Origin: Parvularia atlantis
Lineage: Eukaryota
Assembly: GCA_943704415.1 (NCBI GenBank)
Contig: CALSCO010000664.1
Span: forward strand, 1 to 38,173
DNA length: 38,173 nt
Direction: 5' to 3'
The notes under the pieces are model-generated. The model made no database searches. It was given only the letters and a program-made list of their open reading frames with translations, and was not told the origin of the DNA. This document shows positions 22,934-32,035 of this stretch, one piece after another (position 1 is the first letter of the stretch; every line of letters begins with the position of its first letter). A program made the translations under genes and the position numbers.

Positions 22934-23448
22934 ATGGCCGGCGTCGTCGGCGTCCTGCGCCGCGCCAGCGGCCTCGGTCTTCTCCCACGCGCGCCCGCGA
23001 TAGCACAAGCGGCGCGCACGGCCTCGGCGGCACGCACGGGCATGGCGATGCGCACGATCGCGGCCGGGACACGCGCGGCGACCACGGTGACGACGACGGT
23101 GGCGCGAACAGTCGCGACAATGCCGACGGCGCACACGGCGCGGACGACGGCGATGCGCGCGGTGCAGGCGGCGGTGTGCGTCGAGCGGGTCGCACCGATG
23201 TCGAGGTGCGAGCGTGCGTCTCTGGCGATCGCGCGCTGACCAGGCGGGCGGGCGGGCGCAGCGTCGGGCGGCCCGGCAAGCACGGCAAGACGGCCAAGCT
23301 CAAGACGATGCTCAAGGTCCGCGCGCCGCTCGCCCACCGCGCACGCACACTCACGGCGACCGCGCAGGCCAAGCTCAAGCGCATGCGCGCGCGCAAGGAC
23401 GGGCGGACGAAGCGCGAGCGGCGCCTGGGCCTGCGCATTGCGCGGTAA
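22934..23448 (+). CDS. Small basic protein with a long mitochondrial-presequence-like N-terminus; 3 exons
   Basis: A/R/T-rich, nearly acid-free ~90-aa leader. Spliced C-terminus RRAGGRSVGRPGKHGKTAKLKTMLKAKLKRMRARKDGRTKRERRLGLRIAR*. Confidence 0.65.
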
Positions 23449-23528
23449 TTTGCGCGTGTGTGTGCTTTGTGTTCGACTCGGAGACGCGCAGACAAGAGCA
23501 CACAACAAGGTCTAGTCCTGTACAGTGC

Positions 23529-24857
23529 TCAGCTGCCGTCCGCGCCGCCGCGGCACCGGTCCCAGATCAGCCGCAGCATCGCGTCGTTCCAGGCGTCGGG
23601 CACGCCCGGCAGGCAGTAGTGACGGCAGTCATTCTTGATCGCTGAGACCTGGTACGGGTGGGCGTCGCGGCGCTCCTGCGACATCAGCTCGACGTCGAGC
23701 AGCACCGCGTCCAGTCCAGCCTCGCCGAACATTGCGCGCGCGGCGTCAGACCAGCGCTTGTACGTGATGCCGCTGATGTACGCGTCCGCGTGGAAGTCTG
23801 GGTCTGGCGTCGTCTCGGGGCACGGCTCCTGGAACCCGCCATACTTGGGGTTGGTCTTGTTTGTCCTGAGCGAGTGATGCACGGCCATGTTGCGGTAGAG
23901 GATGGTCGGGTTGCGCCAGCCTTGTGCCGCACGCTCGGCAAAGCGCTGCACCAGCTGGCTCGTGGTCACGTTGAGCACGCGCCGGTGCATCTCGTCGCGG
24001 TACGCCTGCGTCAGCTTGCCCACCGCCACACGCTCACGTTGCGGAACGGCTACGTCGTACACGGCGCTCGTCGTGAGCCACGCGCCCGTGTTGATGCTGA
24101 GAAAGCTCAAGTCCCTCACGCGCAGCAGCTGCTCCACAGGCTTAGCCAGCCCGGTGAAGTTCACCTCCACGTGGAACATGCCAGCGATGTTGGCGACCGG
24201 CCGGCCGAGACGCAGTGGGATGACGGTGGTCAGGTACGGCACGGCTTGATAGATCAAGAGCGGGGCGACGGCACTGCCACTGACGGTCACGCTCCAGCTG
24301 TCGAGGTGTTCAGTCGCTCTCGCCTTTCGCACGACCAGTCCAGGCTCGCTCGCGAGCGTGCACAGCAGCGCTTGCAAGGTCTGCACCGTCATCGAATCGC
24401 CCACAAAGCCGATGGCCTGTCCACTCAGGCACTCACGCACGACGTCCGCCGCCGTCACGCCCGCCGCCCCGAGCGTGTCCGGGCCTTCCCAGCGCCAGTG
24501 CATTGCACGCTTTGTGGTGTAGTGCGGGCACGTGTGCGCCATTTTCACGTCGACCAGGGCACATCCGGCGAGGTACCGGTCGATCGCGGGCGCGATGCTG
24601 CTGGCAAACGCGTCGTCGTCGACGCGCACCCAGTGTCCTCGGCTCGGAAACGTGGGCACACGAACTTGAATCGCTGAGCTCGAGTTCAACTTGAAGTCCG
24701 TTGGTGGCGCCCAATCCGACTCTAGCGCGGCAGCAGCGTCGTGGCTCCAGTCGCGGCATCCAGGGCACACGAGCAAGAGCACGACCAGCAGGCACGCGAG
24801 CGCGACGGCGGCGGCGCGTTGGCGCGGCAGTGCCGGCAGCATGCGCTCGTTCGCCAT
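23529..24857 (-). CDS. Trichome-birefringence-like (TBL)/PC-esterase polysaccharide O-acetyltransferase; intronless type II membrane protein
   Basis: N-terminal TM segment, WRWEGP, FVGDSM, NTGAW, RRDAHP, DCRHYCLPGVPDAWN (GDS plus DxxH catalytic motifs). Confidence 0.9.
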   Translation of the reverse strand: MANERMLPALPRQRAAAVALACLLVVLLLVCPGCRDWSHDAAAALESDWAPPTDFKLNSSSAIQVRVPTFPSRGHWVRVDDDAFASSIAPAIDRYLAGCALVDVKMAHTCPHYTTKRAMHWRWEGPDTLGAAGVTAADVVRECLSGQAIGFVGDSMTVQTLQALLCTLASEPGLVVRKARATEHLDSWSVTVSGSAVAPLLIYQAVPYLTTVIPLRLGRPVANIAGMFHVEVNFTGLAKPVEQLLRVRDLSFLSINTGAWLTTSAVYDVAVPQRERVAVGKLTQAYRDEMHRRVLNVTTSQLVQRFAERAAQGWRNPTILYRNMAVHHSLRTNKTNPKYGGFQEPCPETTPDPDFHADAYISGITYKRWSDAARAMFGEAGLDAVLLDVELMSQERRDAHPYQVSAIKNDCRHYCLPGVPDAWNDAMLRLIWDRCRGGADGS

Positions 24858-24997
24858 GCTTGCTCGGTACCTCCCCCGATCGTTATCTGGCAGAACGTTC
24901 GAGAAGCTTGCCCCACACTGACGTCGCTCGATGCTTCTGCCGCTCACACGACGCGCCCCCGCAGGTCCTCCCCCCCCCCCCGAACGGCCCCAGGACG

Positions 24998-27158
24998 ATG
25001 CACCGCAACCCCTCGCCGCCGCCGCTGCTGCAGCGCGACGCCCTCGCGGCAGCGGCGGCGGCGGCGGCGGTGACGGCGGGCGGCGACGCGTTCGACGCCG
25101 CGGTCGACAAGGCGCGCGCCCGGGGCCGGGGAGGGCGCGCGTGGGGCGGGCGGCTAACGCGCGGCGGCGGCGCAGACGTCGATCGTGAAGCTGATGCAGG
25201 GCCTGCTGGACGCGCTGCAGAAGGACGAGCTCGACGAGGAGCCGCAGCGGCGACGCCGGCGCGCGCACCCCGCGCCGGTTGCCGTCGCCGACGAGGACGC
25301 GATGGCCGGCGCGGACGCGGCGCGCGTGGAGGATGACGGCGACGAGGACGGCGACGGCGCCGTGGTTGAGCGCGAAGTCGCCGTGGGCGCCGACGGCGAC
25401 AACGCGGATGACGACGACGAGGGCGACGACGAGGACGGAGACGACGAGGTGCAAGGCCACGACGGCGCCGACGACGAGGCGCGCGACTCGGCCCTGGTCG
25501 AGAACCTGCTGCCGCTTCTTGAGCTGTCAGGCAACGCCGACTACGTCGACTACTTGTGCGACGTCGGCCTGCCGTGGCTCGTGGCGGCGCTGCTGCTCAA
25601 GGCGTCGCAAGTGCGCACGGTCGAGGTTGCCACCGGCGTCCTCGCCAACCTGGCGCGCCACCCCGCCGGCATCACCTCACTCGTCACCTCGGCGCAGCTA
25701 TGGTGCGCACCTCCCGCGCGCCGCACTCGTGGTCGTGACGCGCAAACGCAGCGAGTGGTGCACGACGTTTGTTGTCTCTGCGAGCGACCCGGCCGCACTG
25801 CACGAGGTCCTGCGGTGCGTGCGCTCGCCGCCCCCCCCCCCCCCCCCCCCCCCCTTGCGCAGCAGCGCTCGCTGACGCCGGAGGGGGAGAACCGCAGGCT
25901 GATCGAGTGTCTCACGACGTCGCCCCAGTTCGCGACGACGTGGCTGCCGTGCGTCAACGCGCGAGGCCACTCCCTTTCGCGCGCGCGCTGATTGCCGCCT
26001 CGGCCGTGCTCGCAGGGGCCTCAAGAGCAGCGGCGCAGCCGCGCACCTAATCTTCATCCTGACCAACTCGCTCTCGGCGCAGCTGTGCGAGCGCACGGCG
26101 AGCCTGCTTGCGCGCCTGGTGCGCCGCCCAGCAGCAACGACGTCTGGCGCGCTCACGACCGGTCGCGGCAGGTGTTTGTGTTCCCGCAGCTGTACGAGCG
26201 CGAGCAGCTGCGCGACATCGTCCGCCAGGCGCACGAGCTGTTGTGTGCGACGTGGCTGAGGTGCGCGCCGTGCAGCTTTAGCAAAACGTGCGCATCTCAC
26301 ACAGAACGCGCCAGCACGACGGGCCTGTGCGCAAACGTGCAGCTGATCGACTACGTCGTGCAGCTGCTGCCGAGCAGCGAGCTCGATGGTGCGGACGCGG
26401 TAGGTAGCGGCGTCTGTGCGGGCGACTGACCCAGAGCCCGAACGCATAAAGACGCGTGCCCGCGGCTCGCCGAGACGCTCATCGACTTTATGTCTGAGCA
26501 ACGCCTCGAGCTTGCCACGCTCACGCCCGAGCTTGCCGTGACGGTCTACCTGCTCGTGGATCTGCTGAACGGCTCGGGCGCGGGCGAGGCGTGCGCGCAG
26601 ATCGTCGAGGGTGCGCATGCGTTCGCCGTGCCCTTACTTCCGCCCGTTGACGACCGGGGCCGCGCGCGCAGACCACTCGCTGCTGCGGTGGCTGCTCGAG
26701 CTCGTCGAGGCACGCCTGCCCGTGACGGACGCGGGTGACGAGCCGCTCATCGACGCGATCGTCCAGCTGTTGCAGGTGCGCCCGCCGCTGTCCCCGGCGC
26801 GCGTGTGTGCTAACGCTGGCGCTGCGCAAGGCGGTCGTGCTCGCGACGCCCGAGGACGCGCTGCGTAAGCACGGCGCGGTGCACGTCCTGGCCGAGTTTG
26901 CGCCGCAGACGCCGTCGCTGCCGGCGTTCGCGTGGTCGCAGGACGCGGTGCGCTCGTGCTCCGCCTGCGATGGCCGCTTCGCGCGCTCACGCCGTGACGC
27001 AGCGTATCAAGCTGCTGCGACTGCTGCGCTCGGGTGACTCGGTCGACACGCGCGCCGCGCCGCTCTTCGCCGACCTCTTTGACCGCCACTCGCCCGCGGC
27101 CGTTTCGCCGGCGCCGATCGTGTCGGGCGCGCCGGACACGACCGCGCACCGCGCCTAA
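24998..27158 (+). CDS. SAAL1: SAAL1-like armadillo-fold protein; multi-exon
   Basis: N-terminal MHRNPSPPP (animal SAAL1 begins MDRNPSPPP), acidic insert, RTVEVATGVLANLA, SDPAALHEVLRLIECL, LIFILTNSL. Confidence 0.8.
25831..25854. repeat. Poly-C tract in a SAAL1 intron
   Basis: 24 consecutive C seen directly. Confidence 0.9.
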
Positions 27159-27316
27159 GCCCAAGCTGTCTCCCCGCTTTAAGTCTCCCTCTCATACCTG
27201 CGATGTTCCCCGTTGTTGTTGCTGCGCCCATGGAAAAGTCCCGCTAACGCGGCGCTAAAAGCCCAAGCAAAGCATAAGGGTACGTTCACGCTGCCGCTTG
27301 AAGCCCAACTTTCAAG

Positions 27317-27329
27317 TTGGCGCCAAAAA
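27317..27329. promoter_or_regulatory. Candidate palindromic E2F site upstream of RPA3
   Basis: TTGGCGCCAAAAA ~22 bp before the ATG of a DNA-replication gene. Confidence 0.5.
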
Positions 27330-27351
27330 CCTGCGAGTGGCGCGCAGTGCG

Positions 27352-27860
27352 ATGGACCGGCCGACGCCGCGCGTGAACCAAAGCCTGCTGTCCAAGTACA
27401 CGGGGCAGCAGGTGCGCCTCGTGTGCAAGCTCAAGTCGGTGCGCGCGCGTGCGGGGCGTGAGCGCGCTGACGGTGGCACGGCAGAACAACGGGATGACGG
27501 CCGTCGTGGAGGCGTCGGACGGCGGCCAGGTCACGGTGCACCTGCTGCGCGTGCGTCGCGCCTGCCGCCGTCGCCCCGTCGCGCACCGGGCGGCAGCTGA
27601 GCGCGTGGCCGCGTCGCGTAGGAGATGCTCCAGCCGGGCGCGTACATGGAGTTCATCGCGCACGTCAACCCGGAACTGACCCTGCGCGAGCTCTGGTCGA
27701 CCAGCTTCGGCGATGCGTTCGGTGCGCTGCCGGAAGTGGCTGCGAGTGTGGCGCGCGTGGCGGCTGATTTGCGCGCGTTGTGGGCGCGGGCCGCGCAGAG
27801 ATGGCCAACTATAACGAGCTCGTCATCGTCGCCCAGCGCTTCCCGGAGCTCTTTGGCTGA
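27352..27860 (+). CDS. RPA3: Replication protein A 14-kDa subunit; 4 exons
   Basis: MDRPTPRVNQSLLSKYTGQQVRLV, ASDGGQVTV, FGDAFEMANYNELV, RFPELFG*. Confidence 0.93.
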
Positions 27861-27900
27861 CGATGTTCCAGGGCTGATCTCTATGCGGCACATGCGCTGA

Positions 27901-27932
27901 CACACACGCACACACACACACACACACACACA
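27901..27932. repeat. (CA)n microsatellite between the convergent RPA3 and TSR2 genes
   Basis: Seen directly. Confidence 0.95.
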
Positions 27933-27947
27933 AAAATGCAGTGATGC

Positions 27948-28134
27948 TCAGCCGCGGCGCCCCCGGCTGCGCAGCTGCACCGTCTGCCACCCGTCGGCGT
28001 CGATGACCGGCTGCATGGGCGCGGCGGCCGCGGCGGGCGCGCTGTCCATCGCGGCGTCGCTGCCGCCGTCGGCCGGCGGTGCGGCGGCGTCAGCGGCGCC
28101 CTCGGCGGCCAGCACCTCGTCCAGGTTGGCGTAG

Positions 28135-28171
<37 letters not shown>

Positions 28172-28779
28172 TGCCGTCGTCAGTGCCGCCGTCCTGCGGG
28201 TTGGCGGCCCGCGTCGAGCCGCTGAGCGCCTGCTGGCGCGTCTGCAGCAGCTGTGGGTGCCGCGCGCGCAGGTCGAGCACTGTGGCGTAGTTGCCGTGCG
28301 TGCACTCGTCAAACATGCGCATGACGACCGTGGCGATCTGCCCGCGCCGCCGTCAGCCGCCGCTGCTGCCGTAGCTGCGCGCACACGCCGCAGCGACCTG
28401 CTGCACGCTGCGGTCGTCGGCAATCGTGTTGAACTCGGCCGACAGCACGTCCTCCATCATGTCCTCGAGGCGCGTCTGGTCAACCGCGCGTCCTGCAGCG
28501 GCGACGGCGCGTCGGCGGCACTGCGCTGCGCCCCTCGCGTCACGCACGCCCGCTGAACAGCTCCACGACCGTGTCGGCGAACCACGCGGCCTTCTCGCTG
28601 CTCTCGGGCCCGCCCCACTCGTTGATGACGGCGAGGTGCAGCGTCGTCCACGTCACGAAGAGCATGTGCACGCCCTGCGCCGATGCGGGTCAGGCGACCG
28701 CTGGCAGGGCGCGTGCGGCAGGCCGGGGCCGTGCCTCGGTGAACGCTTCGCGGTTCTGAGCGCCCTGCGTGGCTGACAT
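27948..28779 (-). CDS. TSR2: Pre-rRNA-processing protein TSR2; 4 exons
   Basis: AFTE|GVHMLFVTWTTLHLAVINEWGG, EFNTIADDRSVQQIA, poly-D tract, DADGWQTV C-terminal motif. Confidence 0.93.
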
Positions 28780-28828
28780 GCCCACGTCACGTTGTACTTT
28801 GAAGCACATCTTCTCACACTACAGCGCG

Positions 28829-31359
28829 ATGCTGCGGAATGCATGGCGGCGGAGGGCGGCGGCCGTCCTCATCGCGCGCCGCGCCGTCACGACGCTGCCG
28901 CCGGCCGCGCCCCGCCCCGTCGGCGTCTTCCGCGAGCTGCGCGACGCCGGGCGCGAGCGCATCGCCAAGGAGACGGACGGCGCGGTCGGCGAGGTGCGGC
29001 CGAGCGCGAGCGTGCGCGTCGAGTACGGCGGCGGCGCGGACGGCGGCGAGCTGGACGTGCGCATCACGGTCGAGCGCCCCGGCGAGGCGCGCGCCGAGGA
29101 CCTGCACGCGATCGTGCACGACATGCGTGAGCGCGGCGCGCGGCCGGGCGAGCGCGTGTACCTGGAGCTGCTGGCGGCGGCCGCGCGCATGGGCCTGCAC
29201 ACGATGCTGCCGATGCTCTGGCGCGACATGTGCGCCGTGGGCGTGAAGCCGACGCCCGCGCTGTACAAGCGCTACCTCGAGGTGGTCCGCCGTGCGCACG
29301 TGCACGTGCACGCAGGGGCCCTGATCTGCGCGCGCAGTGCTGCTGGGAGCTGCGCATGCTGCCCGAGGCGCTCGACAAGGCGTACGCGTACCTGGAGACG
29401 ACCCCGCCGGAGCTGATCGACCACCCGACGCTGCACCCGCTGCTGTGGCTGGCGATGGAGTTTGACGACTACATGCTCGGTCCGCCCCCGTCCATCGTCC
29501 CCCGCGCGCGCTCATGCCGCCGCGCCGCTGCGCATGCGCAGCCGAGCAGCTGTTTGACGACTTTGTGATCAGGTCGCCGAAGGAGACGCCAAGCGAGCTC
29601 TGGGAGGAGTTCTTTCAATGCGCCGTGCGCAACGAGGCCGTCAGGCGAGGGCGGCTGGGCGAGCACACGGTGCACACGGGCACCTGTCGTGTGTGTTGCG
29701 TTGATGTGCGCCCGCCAGATCGCCCGCGCGCCGTCGCCCGCCCTGCTCGCGGCGCTGATGGCGCTGTGTCAGCGGTCGCGCATCGTGCGTTGTGGGGCGC
29801 GCGTACACGACAGTCGGCGGCGGTAGTTGACGGGCGCGCCGGCAGCAACACACGCCCACGGTGACGATGCTCTTTGACGAGCTCGAGCGCCGCGACGCCG
29901 AGACGGGCGACCCGAACGAGAAGACGCTCGTGCACCTCGGGCCGCTGCAGGTCATGCTCGAGTTCTCGGCCAAGACGGGCCACGTCGAGCTCGCCGAGCA
30001 GATCTTCATCCGCATCGAGGAGGTGCTGCGCCGCCGCCTCACGCTGTTGCCACTGCTGCGCCTGAACGTACCGCGCCGACGCAGACGTTCCGCGCGAGCT
30101 TGACGAAGCACCAGTTCCTGCCGCTGATGCAGGTCTACGGGCGTCAGGAGCTCTTTGAGCGGCTGTTTGTGCTGATGCACGTGCTCGAGGTCACGTTCAA
30201 GCTGCGCGCGACGCTGATTGTGCGCTTCTGCACGCGTGCCGTGCCGTGCCGTGCCGTGCGACCGCTCACGCCACCGGGCGCGAGCACAGGAGCTCGAGGA
30301 CGCCATCTGGCGCATTAGCCGCGAGCGTGAGAAGCTCGGGGCGGCTTTCAAGACCTTTGAGAAGCTCGCGCAGGAGGGCCAGGGCAGCCTGACCGGGTAC
30401 AACGTCATCCTGTCTGCGTGCCGCAAGGGCAAGGTGCGCTCGCGCGGGGCAGAGAGTGTGCGCCCGCAGGGCTCAGCCGCGCGCAGGACAAGCGCCGCAT
30501 CATGGCCGTGTACGAGGCGCGCCAGCGCCTGGGCGTGCGGCCCAACTACGACACGTTCCACGAGATGATGATCTTTGGCGTGATCGACAAGGACGCGCAG
30601 CTCGTGCGGCAGGTTCGTGCGTGTGCGCTGTTCGCCGCGACGCATGCCGACGTGCGTGTAGATGATCGACAACATCGCCACGCTCAAAGGCCCGCTCGAC
30701 CGGTACCAGTACTCGGAGGTCGTCTCGTCGCTCATGGCCATCGACCGCTTTGACGAGGGTGCGTGCGCGATGTGTGTGCGCGATGTGCGTGCGGCCGTGC
30801 GGCGCTGACGCCCGCGCTGGCAGCGTTCGAGTGGCGTGGGCGGGCCGAGAAGGCGGGCGTGCGGCTCAACAAGGCTGTTCAGGCGCAGATCATCCGCACG
30901 CTGTGCGCACATGCGCGCGCTTGGCTACCTCGCACTGACGGAGTGTGCGCCGCGCCAGGCTCGAGCGGTGGCGGCTTGACGAGGCGCTTGAGATGCTCCG
31001 GCAGTACTCGCGCGGGGGATACCGTCTCAGCTTCGAGGTCGGCGTGCTCGTGTACGCGTACTTCCGCGGTGCGTGGCGCTTGCCGCGCCAGTGCGCCGCG
31101 CGTCCTCACGCACGCCGCAGAGGCTAATCGGCTGCAGGACGTGCGCGAGCACCTGCTCGACGGCGCGCGTGACCTCGGTGCGCCAGCCACGACTCACGGG
31201 AGACCGCTTACGCCGCATCGCGCGCCAGGCGTGTTTGAGAAGGAGCGCGCGCGCTTTGGCAAGCACCTGCTCAAGCCGCGGCCGGCCGACGCGCCCACGA
31301 GCGCGACTGCGACCGACGCACAGCAGCATGAGCACAGACGCGCAGCACAAGTAGGGTGA
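28829..31359 (+). CDS. Pentatricopeptide-repeat (PPR) protein, probably mitochondrial; multi-exon
   Basis: Arg-rich presequence-like N-terminus; PPR-like repeats (DMRERGARPGERVYLELL, DMCAVGVKPTPALY, YNVILSAC, LGVRPNYDTF). Confidence 0.85.
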
Positions 31360-31391
31360 TGTAGCTAATTCACGGTAGTTGTTCTCAACTC

Positions 31392-31979
31392 ATGGCGACA
31401 CGTCACGCTGCTGCGTCATCGGGCGCCGCCGCCGCCGTCGTCGTCGATGCGGCCTCGTCAGCTGCTGCTGGCTCTTCGTCGTCCTCGTCCTCGTCGTCTG
31501 CATCGGCATCGTCGTCGGCAGCGTCGGCATCGTCGGCCGCGCCCGATGCACCGGCGGTCGTCGGCGCGCTCAAGCTGCGGCGGCAGGGCGACCGCGGCCG
31601 CCTCAAGTGGGCCGCCGACGTGGTCGACAACGAGGACCAGGGCAAGAAGAAGTCCAAGGGTGCGGGGCAGGGCGTGTGTGCACGGTGAGCCGTGTGCTGA
31701 TGCGGGATGGGGCCGCAGTCTGCTGCATCTACCACAAGCCGCGCGCGTTCGGCGAGTCCGACTCGGAGCAGGAGAGCACGGACGAGGGCGAGGGCAGCGA
31801 TGGCGAGAATGCGTACGAGTCGCAGCGCCGGCGCGGTGCGGGCGGGCTGTCTGCGCGCGCGTGGCGGTGAGGCGGCTGACGCGCCTCCGATGCGCGCAGG
31901 CAGGAAACATCAACACGACCACCATCACGACCACGACCACGGCCACGGCCACGGCGAGCCCGCCCCGTCCGCGTCGTGA
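31392..31979 (+). CDS. PPP1R11: Protein phosphatase 1 inhibitor-3 (Ypi1/PPP1R11); 3 exons
   Basis: WAADVVDNEDQGKKKSK|VCCIYHKPRAFGESDSE, NAYE; His-rich tail. Confidence 0.95.
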
Positions 31980-32035
31980 CTGTCCAGTTGTCTACTGTAA
32001 CATACGCATCGCCGCCCCCGTGTACCGCTTCCCGC

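Noticed and set aside
27160..27350. Possible ncRNA in the AT-richer spacer with inverted repeat CCAACTT-TC-AAGTTGG
   Set aside because: No tRNA, snoRNA or snRNA boxes recognised; explained as the SAAL1 3' UTR plus the RPA3 promoter.
11637..31359. Functional cluster of RNA/ribosome genes (NOL9, RlmI, TSR2, PPR)
   Set aside because: They are interspersed with unrelated genes, which is expected by chance in a compact genome.
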